From: an uncultured Acidobacteriota bacterium
GTDB taxonomy: Bacteria > Acidobacteriota > Thermoanaerobaculia > Multivoradales > UBA5704
Length of the DNA stretch: 64,000 bases
Direction: 5' to 3'
Assembly (NCBI GenBank): GCA_963700145.1
Contig: OY969474.1
Coordinates: forward strand, 32,001 to 96,000
Positions 50,286-60,957 of this stretch are shown here, piece after piece. The position numbers were made by a program, and so were the translations under genes. The notes below the pieces were generated by a model. It worked only from the letters and a program-made list of their open reading frames with translations. It ran no database searches and was not told the DNA's origin. The first letter of the stretch is position 1. Every line of letters begins with the position of its first letter.

Positions 50286-50843
50286 ATGAGAAGCCTGCGC
50301 CGCAGTCGTCGCATCCTGTCCCTCGCCGCGCTCGCGCTCGCCGCCGCCGCTCCGGCGGCCTTCGCACACGGCGGCGACGCGAGCCTCGTCCATGCCTGCG
50401 TCTGGAGCGCCAACGGCAACATCCGCATCGTCGCGCCGGGCGAAGCGTGCAAGCCGCACGAGACCCCGCTCGACTGGGCGATCGCGGGCGCCCCCGGTCC
50501 GGCCGGCCCGCCGGGCCCTCCCGGCCCCCCGGGCCCGCCGGGCGAGCCCGGCCCGGAAGGCCCGCCCGGAGTCAGCGGGCTGGAGATCGTCTGGGAGACC
50601 TTCATCATCACGGCGCAGACGACGTTCACCGTCGATTGCCCGGCTGGCAAGACCGCCATCGGCGGCGGCGGCATCCTGCCGGCGCCCGGCTGGATGTTCC
50701 TCTCCCGGCCCGTCGGCCCCGACATCGCCGGCCCCTCCGGCTCGGCCGCGAGCGCGACGGGCTGGCAGGTCGGCGCCAACAACGTCGTCATGGACGGCTC
50801 CGTGAGCATGACCGTCTACGCGGTCTGCGCGACGGCGGAGTAG
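50286..50843 (+). CDS. Secreted collagen-like repeat protein
   Basis: Signal peptide, Cys-containing N-domain, GAPGPAGPPGPPGPPGPPGEPGPEGPPG, then CPAGKTAIGGGG...VYAVC. Confidence 0.8.
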   Translation: MRSLRRSRRILSLAALALAAAAPAAFAHGGDASLVHACVWSANGNIRIVAPGEACKPHETPLDWAIAGAPGPAGPPGPPGPPGPPGEPGPEGPPGVSGLEIVWETFIITAQTTFTVDCPAGKTAIGGGGILPAPGWMFLSRPVGPDIAGPSGSAASATGWQVGANNVVMDGSVSMTVYAVCATAE

Positions 50844-50861
50844 CCGGCGAAGAGCGCTGCG

Positions 50862-51959
<1,098 letters not shown>

Positions 51960-51971
51960 GGTTCCGTCGAG

Positions 51972-52349
51972 TTACCAGCTCACGCGCCGGAGGCCCGAGA
52001 CGGCATCGAAGTGGTCGTCACGGCTAACGACCGGCAGCCTGTGCTGCCGCGCCAAGGCGGCGATCCAGATGTCGTTTTCAGGGATCGGCCGGCCCTTCCG
52101 ACGTAGCTCCTCACGCACGTCTGCGTAAGCCTCGGCGGTTGCGGCGTCGACCGTCAGAAGGATGGATTCCCGTGCGAGCGTCACCAGGAGCTGAAGGAGA
52201 TGGTCGCGGTGACGCGAGCGGAGGAGCCCATACCGGTACTCACCGAGGACGATCACCGGCAAGTGGTGACGCGGGTCCGCGGCAAGCGCCTCGCCCAGGG
52301 CGGCGTCGCCGGCGAGGAGTGCGGAGACGGCGTTGGTGTCGAGGATCAC
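51972..52349 (-). CDS. vapC: VapC PIN-domain toxin
   Basis: MILDTNAVSALL...VLGEY...PIPENDIWIAALA...VVSRDDHF. Confidence 0.92.
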   Translation of the reverse strand: MILDTNAVSALLAGDAALGEALAADPRHHLPVIVLGEYRYGLLRSRHRDHLLQLLVTLARESILLTVDAATAEAYADVREELRRKGRPIPENDIWIAALARQHRLPVVSRDDHFDAVSGLRRVSW

Positions 52350-52594
52350 CGCCACTCGTCCGGGTCGACGCGCTCCAGCTCACGGCCGACGATCCGGTCG
52401 ATGGACTCCACCTCCGCCGCCTGCGCCTGGCCAAAGACGGCTCGCCAGCCTGGCCGAGAGCTCTGACCCGGCTCGCGGTCCAGATGTGCTTCCAGCGCCT
52501 CGGTGACGAACTCCTTGAGACTCTCCCCGCGCATCGCGGCCGTGGCCTTGGTGCGGCGGAAGAGCTCCTCCGGGATCTCGAGCGTCGTCTTCAT
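52346..52594 (-). CDS. vapB: VapB-like ribbon-helix-helix antitoxin
   Basis: MKTTLEIPEELFRRTKATAAMRGESLKEFVTEALE; overlaps the vapC start. Palindrome CCATA-TT-TATGG at 52607-52618 upstream. Confidence 0.85.
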   Translation of the reverse strand: MKTTLEIPEELFRRTKATAAMRGESLKEFVTEALEAHLDREPGQSSRPGWRAVFGQAQAAEVESIDRIVGRELERVDPDEWR

Positions 52595-52656
52595 GGGCCC
52601 ATCTTCCCATATTTATGGTCCCGCCGACCGTCCCAAGCCCGTGCGGGCGATTCCGC

Positions 52657-52732
52657 GGTGCCGCTCGTTCTTGACCTCGACGCCGTCCACCTCTTCGACG
52701 CCGCGAGCGAGCAGCGGCTCGCTGCCTGAGGT
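52657..52732 (+). repeat. Direct repeat copy 2 (duplicated ABC ATPase 3' end)
   Basis: Encodes [23 protein letters not shown] versus [23 protein letters not shown] in the gene. Confidence 0.92.
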
Positions 52733-53016
52733 CTCGTGAAGAGGAAACCGATGGGCGTTTTCGACGCCCGGGCGGGGAGGTCGGTCGTACTGCCGGGAGT
52801 GGTGCCGTCAGAGCAGAAGTAATCCGATCGCGGGAGAGGAGTTCGCCACGGTCGGCCGCGTCTTTCGCGCCAGGCGACCTATGTTACGGAGCGCCGGCGG
52901 GCCTTCGGGAGCCTCTGCCCGAAGATCTCCCGCGCCCGGAGCTTCATCTCGACGTTCCGGAGATGTATCTCCTATAGACGGAGATCTATCTTCGGGGTCC
53001 GACAACGGGTCTTCCA

Positions 53017-54381
53017 GGATGTGTCCCGATTCTTGTGGAGATTCGGCGTAACCCCCTGACTGTCGGGTTGACGTTAGCTCCTCACGCGGCCTGCGTCCAA
53101 ATCGTGGCGAGGAAACGTTGCAGGTCTTGGTGGCCATTGACGCTGCGTAGGCGGATCTGGCCGCAGGCCACCAGTGCCCAGAGCAGGGTCAAGGCCGCCT
53201 CTTCGGTGGCGAAGCTGGCCTGGGTCTTGGTGCGGCGTCGAAACTCGCGATGGAGGTTTTCCAGCGCGTTGGTCGAGCGTAGGGTCCTCCACAGCGAGCG
53301 GGGAAACTCGTAGAAGGTCAACAGCTCCTCTCCGGCCTCCTCGAGCGAGCGGGCGACAGCCGGACACAGGCGAGACCACTTGGCGAGGAAGGCCGCGTAG
53401 GCCTGATGGGCCGCCCCACCGTCGCGGGCCTCGACGATCGGGCGCCAGTCGCGCCGGAGCTCGCCGCGAGCATGGCGCGGGCAGTGCTCCAGCAGGTTTC
53501 GGAGCTTGTGCTGGGTGCAACGCTGCACGCGCACCCCCGGCCACGCCGCCAGCGCCTTGCGCAAGCCAGCGTGGCCGTCGACGATGAGCAACTCGGGCGC
53601 CGCCAAGCCCCGCCGCTGCAGATCCTCGAGCAGCTCGCCCCACAGCCGCGCCGCCTCGCTCGTGGCCAACCGTAACGCCACCAGGACCTTGCCGCCATCG
53701 GGGCGCACGCCCAGAGCGGCCAGCACCGGCACCGCCACCACCCGCCGGGCCAGCCGCACCTTGACGTGGAACCCGTCGAGAAACAGCAGCGCGTAACGCT
53801 CGCCCGCACAATCGCGCTCCCGCCAGGCCGCAAACCGCTCTTTGAGCCGCCCCACCACGCGCGAGGCCGCGCTCTTGGACAGGTGCTCTTCTCCCAGCAG
53901 CGGCGCCAGCGCCTTGCCGATCCGTCGGCTATTGGCCCCCGCCAGATAGCACGACAGGATCGCCGCGTCGATCTCCCGCACCCGCCGCGCGTAGCGCGGC
54001 ACCAACGCGCTGGCGAACTCTTCCGTCGTGCCCTCCACTGTGGCCACCCGACCGCGCGGCACCCGCAGCGGCCGGGTCCCCGCCACCGTCGTCACCCGCC
54101 GTAGCGTGGCTCCGTTGCGGTAGCCGCGGCGCACCGCCGTCCGCTCGTAGGGCTGCGCACCCAGCGCCTCCTGAAGCTCCTGCTCTAGCACCAGCTCCAC
54201 GGCCTCCAGAAGCCTCTGCTCGAGCAGCCGCCGGATGTCCTGGCGCAGCGGCACCACCTCCTGCTCTGACGTGCTAGCCTCCCACATGGCGTAACCCTCC
54301 TCCGCCGCCCACGCGACGGGATGTGCTTGACAGCTAGGAGGTTACGCCACTTTCTTTTTCCACAAGAATCGGGACGGATCC
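53017..54381 (-). mobile_element. Complete IS256-family insertion sequence (1365 bp)
   Basis: Terminal IRs GGATgtGTCCCGATTCTTGTGGA and (revcomp) GGATccGTCCCGATTCTTGTGGA; 8-bp target duplication GTCTTCCA at 53009-53016 and 54382-54389. Confidence 0.95.
53082..54287 (-). CDS. IS256-family DDE transposase
   Basis: GYRNG...LRVPRGR, LLFLDG, LLIVDG, QRCTQHKLRN, LRSTNALENLHREFRRRTK. Confidence 0.95.
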   Translation of the reverse strand: MWEASTSEQEVVPLRQDIRRLLEQRLLEAVELVLEQELQEALGAQPYERTAVRRGYRNGATLRRVTTVAGTRPLRVPRGRVATVEGTTEEFASALVPRYARRVREIDAAILSCYLAGANSRRIGKALAPLLGEEHLSKSAASRVVGRLKERFAAWRERDCAGERYALLFLDGFHVKVRLARRVVAVPVLAALGVRPDGGKVLVALRLATSEAARLWGELLEDLQRRGLAAPELLIVDGHAGLRKALAAWPGVRVQRCTQHKLRNLLEHCPRHARGELRRDWRPIVEARDGGAAHQAYAAFLAKWSRLCPAVARSLEEAGEELLTFYEFPRSLWRTLRSTNALENLHREFRRRTKTQASFATEEAALTLLWALVACGQIRLRSVNGHQDLQRFLATIWTQAA

Positions 54382-54558
54382 GTCTTCCATGCATTGGAGA
54401 TCTATCTCCGACGCCCCGGGATGAATCTCCCATGCATGGAGATCTATCGCCCGCTCTCCGAGATCTTCCCGGAGAACTCGGAGATGATCTCCAGGACCCA
54501 GCCAAGGTCGATCCTCCGGCCGCCCGTAAAGGGCTTGCTGCCCGTGAGTTGGCTGGCT

Positions 54559-54887
54559 TCAAGCCGCGCTGCCAGGCCCGTGCGCCGGGATCTTCTCCAG
54601 CTCGCCAGCCAGGCGTTGCTCGGCATGCCAGAGGTCGTAAGCCAGCTGCATGCGCAGCCAGAATCCCGGGCATTCCCGCAGAACCTGCCCAGGCGCACCG
54701 CCATCTCGGGGCTGACGGAGGATCTTCCGGAGAGGATGCGGTGCAGAGTCTGGCGCGTCACCCGAAGCTGCAGCGCGGCCTCGGTCACGGTGAGCCCCAA
54801 GGCGGGCAGCACGTCCTCACGCAGGATCTCTCCCGGATGAGTGAGCGGCCTCTTGGGCCGCGCCGGCGTTGTCGTGTTCGCAGACAT
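54559..54887 (-). CDS. higA: HigA-family antitoxin (XRE HTH), one frameshift near 54665
   Basis: THPGEILREDVLPALGLTVTEAALQLRVTRQTLHRIL...SPEMAVRLGRFCGN, continuing in another frame as FWLRMQLAYDLWHAE...PGSAA*. Confidence 0.88.
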
Positions 54888-54898
54888 CCTCCACCTCA

Positions 54899-54961
54899 CT
54901 AGTGATCCTGCTCCAAGTCGACCCGAATCGCCTCGCCCTCCTCCCACTCGAAGGTGACGCA
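54899..54961 (-). pseudogene. higB: 3' remnant of a HigB (RelE/ParE-type) toxin gene
   Basis: VTFEWEEGEAIRVDLEQDH* matches the typical HigB C-terminus and sits 11 nt upstream of higA; no 5' part is present. Confidence 0.7.
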
Positions 54962-55042
54962 CAGCTCGCGCAGCACGTCCACCAGGCGGTGGGCCTGATT
55001 GTCGATGACGTAGGGGAGGGGAGTCGCACTCGCGGGATGAAA

Positions 55043-55378
55043 TCAGCGGTCGAGGAGGCGCCGCACCGCAGCCTCGAGCGGCGGCAGCTTGTTCTGGATC
55101 ACGTCCCAGACGATCTCGAGGTCGACGCCGAAGTACTGGTGGGCGAGGATGTCGCGCAGCCCGGCGACCTTGGACCAGGGAACCTCGAGCGCTTGCTGCC
55201 GCACCTCCTCGGGCACTTGTTTGGCGGCCTCTCCTATAATCTCCAAGTTCCGCACTACCGCGTCGACGGCCATGTCATCTCTGCGGAAGCCTTCGAGCGG
55301 GCGCATGCCTACATAACGATGGATTCTGTCGGCCGCCGCTAGGATGTCCTCGAGATAGACCCTAGCGGAACGTGGCAT
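55043..55378 (-). CDS. hepT: HEPN (DUF86) RNase toxin
   Basis: YLEDIL...[15 protein letters not shown]...[25 protein letters not shown] (Rx4HxY). Confidence 0.92.
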   Translation of the reverse strand: MPRSARVYLEDILAAADRIHRYVGMRPLEGFRRDDMAVDAVVRNLEIIGEAAKQVPEEVRQQALEVPWSKVAGLRDILAHQYFGVDLEIVWDVIQNKLPPLEAAVRRLLDR

Positions 55379-55664
55379 AAACCGTTTCCCTCAGGATTTC
55401 TTCGCGGAGGGCTTCCTTGAGGGCCTCCTTGAGCACGAGGTCCACTCTCCGCCCGAACAGCTTCTCTAAGTAGCCCTTGAGATCCAAGTAGGCATCGAGG
55501 CTTTTCTGCCCTGGGAAAAATTCAACCAACACATCCACGTCACTGAGCGCTCGGCCACCACCTCGGGCCTGGGAGCCAAAGACGCCGATCTTCTGCACTC
55601 CGAAGGATTGAAGTGCACCTTGGTGTTCTTCGAGGGAGCGGACGACGTCAATGGGCTTAGTCAT
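55362..55664 (-). CDS. mntA: MNT nucleotidyltransferase antitoxin
   Basis: [24 protein letters not shown]...LFGRRVDLV; overlaps the HEPN gene. Confidence 0.9.
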   Translation of the reverse strand: MTKPIDVVRSLEEHQGALQSFGVQKIGVFGSQARGGGRALSDVDVLVEFFPGQKSLDAYLDLKGYLEKLFGRRVDLVLKEALKEALREEILRETVYATFR

Positions 55665-55803
55665 CGGTTGCCTCGTAGCTACTGGGGTCTTGCGAGTTCA
55701 TTAGGCGACTTGGCAGCCTTAGGCTCCGGAGGTTCAGTCCCTTCTGGCGGCATTCCTCAATTCTAGGCTGAGCCATGCGATGATAGAAGGCAGGTTCCCG
55801 CCG

Positions 55804-57363
55804 ATGTCTGCCGCGGCTCTGCTTCGTGTCCTCCTCGTCAAGCCGAGCAAGTACGGCGAGGACGGGTTCGTCGAGCGCTTCCGGCGCGGGTTCCTGCCCA
55901 ACAGCACGCTCGCCTACTTGCGCAGCCTCACGCCGGCCGCCGTGGACGGGTCGCCGGTCGAGGTGACGACGGTCGACGAGTACGTCCGCACCGACCTCGG
56001 CTACCTCGATCTCCTGGCACCCGCACCCGGCCGGCGCACGCTCCTGGCACTGGTCGGCGTGCAGAGCCACCAGCTTCACCGCGCGCTCGACCTCGCGGCG
56101 CTGGCGCGGTCGCGCGGGGTCGAGCAGTGCGTCGTCGGCGGGCCGCACCCGATGACTTGCGACACGACCGACCTCCAGGGGCGCGGGGTGAGCTTCGCGC
56201 TGGCGGAGGCGGAGATCATCTGGCCGCAGATCCTGCGGGACGCGGCGGCGGGGGAGCTGCGGCCGCTCTACGGCGAGGACGGGCGCTGGCTGGAGCGGCT
56301 GGACCCGCCGCCGCTCATCCCGCCGACGCGGCGGGAGCTGCGGCGCTACGCGGTGCCGCTCCTCGGCGTCTACCCGGCGCGCGGCTGCCCCTACACCTGC
56401 AACTTCTGCTCGGTGATCAAGATCGCCGGCCGGCAGGTGCGCGGCCAGCCGGTGGCGACGACGATCGCCAGCCTCGAGGCCGCGCGGGCGGCCGGCGTGC
56501 GCTACGTCCTCTTCGCCTCCGACAACTTCAACAAGTACCCGGAGGTGCGGCAGCTGCTGGAGGGCATGATCGAGGCCGGCATCCGCCTGCCGTTCTTCGC
56601 CCAGTGCGACGCGCAGGTGCACCGCCAGGAGGAGCTCTTCGAGCTGCTGGCGCGCGCCGGGTGCTTTCACATGTTCGTCGGCGCCGAGTCGTTCAGCCGC
56701 GAGGCGCTGCGCGGCGCCCACAAGCTGCAGAACGACCCCGCCGCCTACGCGCGGATCGTCGAGCTCTGCCGGCGGCACGGCATCGTCAGCCACTTCTCGA
56801 ACATTCTCGGCTTCCCGCCGGACACCGAGGAGGGGATCGCCGAGCACCTGCGCCGGCTGCGGGAACTGGCGCCGGACGTGGCGTCGTTCTACCTCCTGAC
56901 GCCGATCCCCGGCACCGACCAGTACCAGGACTTCCTCGACCAGGGGCTGATCACGGAGGACAACCTCGACCGCTTCGACGCCACCTGCGTGACGTGGCGT
57001 CATCCGCGCCTGGCGCCGCGGCGCCTGCGCGCCCTCCTCTACGAGGCGTACCGGGGCTTCTACCGCGGGCGCACCGTGACGGCGAAGCTCGGGCGGTGGG
57101 CGCTCGGGCGCCGCGACTTCCGCACCGCCGGCGCGCTGCTCTCGGTCGCCGGCTACTCGTTCCAGTCGCGCTGGGCGGCGCGGCGGCGCGAGCACCCGAT
57201 GGCCGGCGGCCTCGGCCGGGTGCGCCGCGACCGCGCCGCCGACTACCTGCCGCTGCGCCGCCGCCTCTTCGGCTTCGACCTGGCGCCGCTGCCGCGGAGC
57301 CTCGCCCTCTCGCGCGCCGACGAGGACTTGAACCGCCGCGCCAAGCTGCCGCTCGCACGCTGA
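55804..57363 (+). CDS. Radical SAM protein (B12-binding-domain class)
   Basis: VVGGPHP, RGCPYTCNFCSV (Cx3Cx2C), SDNF, LTPIPGT. Alternative start at 55780. Confidence 0.9.
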   Translation: MSAAALLRVLLVKPSKYGEDGFVERFRRGFLPNSTLAYLRSLTPAAVDGSPVEVTTVDEYVRTDLGYLDLLAPAPGRRTLLALVGVQSHQLHRALDLAALARSRGVEQCVVGGPHPMTCDTTDLQGRGVSFALAEAEIIWPQILRDAAAGELRPLYGEDGRWLERLDPPPLIPPTRRELRRYAVPLLGVYPARGCPYTCNFCSVIKIAGRQVRGQPVATTIASLEAARAAGVRYVLFASDNFNKYPEVRQLLEGMIEAGIRLPFFAQCDAQVHRQEELFELLARAGCFHMFVGAESFSREALRGAHKLQNDPAAYARIVELCRRHGIVSHFSNILGFPPDTEEGIAEHLRRLRELAPDVASFYLLTPIPGTDQYQDFLDQGLITEDNLDRFDATCVTWRHPRLAPRRLRALLYEAYRGFYRGRTVTAKLGRWALGRRDFRTAGALLSVAGYSFQSRWAARRREHPMAGGLGRVRRDRAADYLPLRRRLFGFDLAPLPRSLALSRADEDLNRRAKLPLAR

Positions 57364-57412
57364 GCGCAGAGGGAGCTGATAGGCTCCCGCGCGCCCGCCC
57401 GGCAGCCTGCGC

Positions 57413-59194
57413 ATGCGCCGTTCCGCCGTCCTCCCGCTCGCCCCGCTCCTGCTCGTCCTGACGGCCGCCTCCTCGGTCGAGAACGACGCCGCGCCCGAGC
57501 TGTTCGTCGACGCCGCCGCCGCGAGCGGGCTCGACTTCGTCCACTTCAACGGCATGTCGGGCGAGCTCTACTTCACCGAGATGATGGGGCCGGGGGGCGC
57601 GCTCTTCGACTACGACGGCGACGGCGACCTCGACGTCTACCTGGTGCAGGGGGCGATGCTGGGGCCCAAGAAGACGCCGGCGCAGGCGACGGTGCCGCCG
57701 CAAGGGCCCCTCCCGCCGCGCGGGCGGCTCTTCCGCAACGACCTGCGCGTGGCGGCGGACGGCGCGCGGACGCTGCGCTTCACCGACGTCACGGCGGCGA
57801 GCGGCATCGACGCCCGCGCCAACGGCATGGGGGTGGCGACCGGGGACTTCGACAACGACGGCCGCCTCGACCTCTTCCTCGCCCACGACGGTCCGGACCA
57901 GCTGCTGCGCAACCGGGGCGCCGACGGCTCCGGCCAGGTCACCTTCGAGGACGTCTCCGCCCAGGCCGGCGTCACCGATCCGCTGTGGAGCGTCGGCGCT
58001 TCGTTCCTCGACTTCGACCGCGACGGCTGGCTCGACCTCTACGTCGTCAACTACGTGGACTTCCCGCTGGCCAAGAACCCGTCCTGCTACGCCGCCAGCA
58101 GTCGGCGCGACTATTGCGGCCCGGCCGACTTCCCGCCGGTGCCCGACCGCCTCTACCGCAATCGCGGCAAGGATGCCGCCGGGCACGTCGCCTTCGAGGA
58201 CGTCTCGACGCGCGCCGGAATCGCCGGCGCGGCGGCGCCGGGGCCGGGGCTCGGCGTCGTCGCCTTCGACGCCGACCGCGACGGCTGGCAGGACCTCTAC
58301 GTCGCCGAGGACGGCGCCCCCAACCGCCTGTGGATGAACCGGCGCGACGGCACCTTCCGCGACGAGGCGCCGCTCGCCGGCGCGGCGGTCAACCGGCTGG
58401 GGCGCCCCGAGGCGAGCATGGGGGTGGACGCCGGCGACTTCGACGCCGACGGCGACGAGGACCTCTTCATGACCCACCTCGACGGCGAGACCAACACGCT
58501 CTACGTCAACGACGGGGCCGGCCTCTTCGAGGACCGGACGGTCGAGAGCGGCTTGGCGCAGGGGAGCCTCCCCTTCACCTCCTTCGGCACCTGGTGGCTG
58601 GACGTCGAGAACGACGGCTGGCTCGACCTCTTCATCGCCAACGGCGCGGTGCGCATCCAGGAGGAGCTGGCGCGCACCGGCGACCCCTTCCCGCTGGCGC
58701 AGACGAACCAGCTCTATCGGAACCTGGGCAAGGACGCGGCGGGGCGGGTGCGCTTCGCCGAGGCGACGGCCGAGGCGGGGACGGTCTTCGGCCGCCCGGC
58801 GGTCGGGCGCGGCGCTGCCTTCGGCGACGTCGACGAGGACGGCGACACCGACGTCCTGGTCTGCAACAACAACGGCCCGGTGCGCTTGCTGCTGAACCAG
58901 GCCGGCTCGCGCAATCCGTGGCTCGGGCTGCGGCTCGTCGACCGCCACGGCCGTGACGCGCTCGGCGCCCGCGTCGAGGTGGCGCGGCAGGGTGCGCCCG
59001 CGCTCTGGCGACGCGCCCATAGCGACGGCAGCTACGCCTCGGCGAGCGACCCGCGGGTGCAGGTCGGGCTCGGCGCGGCGCCGCGCGTCACCGCGGTGCG
59101 GGTCCTCTGGCCGGACGGCGCCGCGGAGAGCTTTCCGCCGCCGCCGCTCGGCCGCTACACCACGCTCGAGCAGGGGACTGGAAAAACGCCATGA
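57413..59194 (+). CDS. CRTAC1-family FG-GAP + ASPIC/UnbV protein
   Basis: Signal peptide, repeated DxDxDGxxD motifs, C-terminal ALGARV...SYASASDPRVQVGLG...VLWPDG. Confidence 0.92.
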   Translation: MRRSAVLPLAPLLLVLTAASSVENDAAPELFVDAAAASGLDFVHFNGMSGELYFTEMMGPGGALFDYDGDGDLDVYLVQGAMLGPKKTPAQATVPPQGPLPPRGRLFRNDLRVAADGARTLRFTDVTAASGIDARANGMGVATGDFDNDGRLDLFLAHDGPDQLLRNRGADGSGQVTFEDVSAQAGVTDPLWSVGASFLDFDRDGWLDLYVVNYVDFPLAKNPSCYAASSRRDYCGPADFPPVPDRLYRNRGKDAAGHVAFEDVSTRAGIAGAAAPGPGLGVVAFDADRDGWQDLYVAEDGAPNRLWMNRRDGTFRDEAPLAGAAVNRLGRPEASMGVDAGDFDADGDEDLFMTHLDGETNTLYVNDGAGLFEDRTVESGLAQGSLPFTSFGTWWLDVENDGWLDLFIANGAVRIQEELARTGDPFPLAQTNQLYRNLGKDAAGRVRFAEATAEAGTVFGRPAVGRGAAFGDVDEDGDTDVLVCNNNGPVRLLLNQAGSRNPWLGLRLVDRHGRDALGARVEVARQGAPALWRRAHSDGSYASASDPRVQVGLGAAPRVTAVRVLWPDGAAESFPPPPLGRYTTLEQGTGKTP

Positions 59195-60780
59195 GCCGGA
59201 CAACGAGCGTCGTGCTGCTTACCCTCGTTCTACTCGCCGCGCCCACCGCCGCGCAACCGCCGACCGCGCAGCCGCCGGCACCGCAGCTGGAGGCCATCCC
59301 CTACCCCGACGTTGCCGGCCTCGAGCCCGCGGTCGCCGAGAGCATGCGCGACGCGCGCGCCGTCCTCGAGGGGCTGCTCGTCGCCCCCGAAGGCGGCCTC
59401 ACCAGCGAGCTGGCGGAGGTCTACGGCCAGCTCGGGCAGCTCTACCACGCCCACGATTTCGCCGCGGCCGCCGCGGTGGCGTACCGCAATGCCGTCCGGC
59501 TCGCTCCCGACGAGCCGCGCTGGATCTACCTCCTGGCGCTGCTCGACCAGGCCGCGGGCCGGCTGGAGGACGCCGCCGACGGCTACACCCGCGCCGCCGA
59601 GCTGCGTCCCGACCTCGTCGCCGCCCTCGTCCACCTGGGCGAGGTGCGCCTGGCGCAGAACCAGCCGGACGAGGCCGAGCGCTTCTTCCACCGGGCGCTG
59701 ACGGTCGCGCGCACCGCCGCCGCCTACGCCGGGCTCGGGCAGGCGGCGCTCTCGCGGCGCAGCTACCGCGAGGCGATCGCTCATTTCGAGGCGGCGCTCG
59801 CCGCCGCGCCCGACGCCAACGCCCTCCACCACCCGCTGGCCCTCGCCTACCGCGACGCGGGGGAGACGGAGCGCGCCCGCGAGCACCTGGCGCTCGCCGG
59901 CTCGGTCGGCGTGCGCCCGCCCGACCCTTGGCTCGACGAGCTGCAGCAGGTGGCGCGGGGCGAGCGCTGGCACCTGCTGCGCGGCCGCGTGGCGTTTCGC
60001 AAGGGTCGCTACGCCGACGCGGCGACGGAGTTCCGCGCCGCCGTCGCCGCCCGGCCGGAGAGCGCCGGCGCGCGCATCGCGCTCGGCGCGGCGCTCGCCG
60101 CGGCCGGCGACCGGCAGGCGGCGCTCGCCGAGCTCGAGGCGGCCCTGCGGCTCGAGCCGCAGAACGGCACCGCCCACTACAACGTGGGCTCGCTGCTGAT
60201 GGCGGAGGAGGGGCGGGCGGCGGAGGCGGCCGAGCACCTGCGCGCCGCCGTCGCCGCCGACGCGAGCGACGGCGCCGCCCACAACGCGCTCGGGAGGCTG
60301 CTCGACCGCGCGGGGCAGCCGGAGGAGGCGCTCGTCCACTTCACCGAGGCCGTCGAGCACCTCCCGGCCGACGAGCAGGCGGCCCTCGACGAGGCGGCCT
60401 TGCTGGTCCGGCTCGGGCGCTTCCGGCCGGCGCGGGCGCGGCTCGAAGAGGCGCTCGAGCGGCTGCCGGACAGCGGCCGGCTCACCCACGCCCTGGCGCG
60501 CGTCCTCGCCGGCGCGCCCGACCTCACGGTGCGCGACGGCGCCCGCGCCCTCGAGTTGGCGGAGAAGGTCCACACCGCCCGCCCCGAGGCCTTCGCGGCC
60601 GCCACCGTTGCCCTCGCCCTCGCCGAGCTCGGCCGCTGCGACGAGGCGGCGCAGTGGCAGCGGCGGGCGGTCGAAGCGGCGCGCGCCGAGGGCTCCGCCG
60701 AGCGCCTCGCCGAGCTGGAAGGCGCCCTCGCCGGGTACGAGCGCGGCGCGCCCTGCCGCCCGCCCGGCGCGGCGCCCTAG
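59191..60780 (+). CDS. Secreted TPR repeat protein
   Basis: Signal peptide and many A..ALG/LG..A..F..A TPR units; ATGA overlap with the upstream gene. Confidence 0.88.
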   Translation: MSRTTSVVLLTLVLLAAPTAAQPPTAQPPAPQLEAIPYPDVAGLEPAVAESMRDARAVLEGLLVAPEGGLTSELAEVYGQLGQLYHAHDFAAAAAVAYRNAVRLAPDEPRWIYLLALLDQAAGRLEDAADGYTRAAELRPDLVAALVHLGEVRLAQNQPDEAERFFHRALTVARTAAAYAGLGQAALSRRSYREAIAHFEAALAAAPDANALHHPLALAYRDAGETERAREHLALAGSVGVRPPDPWLDELQQVARGERWHLLRGRVAFRKGRYADAATEFRAAVAARPESAGARIALGAALAAAGDRQAALAELEAALRLEPQNGTAHYNVGSLLMAEEGRAAEAAEHLRAAVAADASDGAAHNALGRLLDRAGQPEEALVHFTEAVEHLPADEQAALDEAALLVRLGRFRPARARLEEALERLPDSGRLTHALARVLAGAPDLTVRDGARALELAEKVHTARPEAFAAATVALALAELGRCDEAAQWQRRAVEAARAEGSAERLAELEGALAGYERGAPCRPPGAAP

Positions 60781-60957
60781 GCGCCCGGCCCGCCCGTCCT
60801 GTCACGCTTTCCCCCTCTGGCGATACCGTTCCTTTCAGAGGCCAGAGCACCCAGAGCACCCAGGACGAGTCTGTCCGAGCCGCATGAACGAGCCAACGCG
60901 CGGACCGCGATCGGGGGGGATCGGAGGGTTGCGGACCGCTTCACAGAGGAGGATCCG

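Larger units (their letters stand above)
52917..54500. repeat. Second degenerate 21-nt-register array (GGAGATCTATCTCC-like units), split by the IS
   Basis: Units start at 52938, 52959 and 52980 left of the IS and at 54396, 54417, 54438, 54459 and 54480 right of it. Confidence 0.75.

Noticed and set aside
60842-60863. Short tandem CCAGAGCAC repeat upstream of the peptidase
   Set aside because: Only about two copies; not distinguishable from chance.
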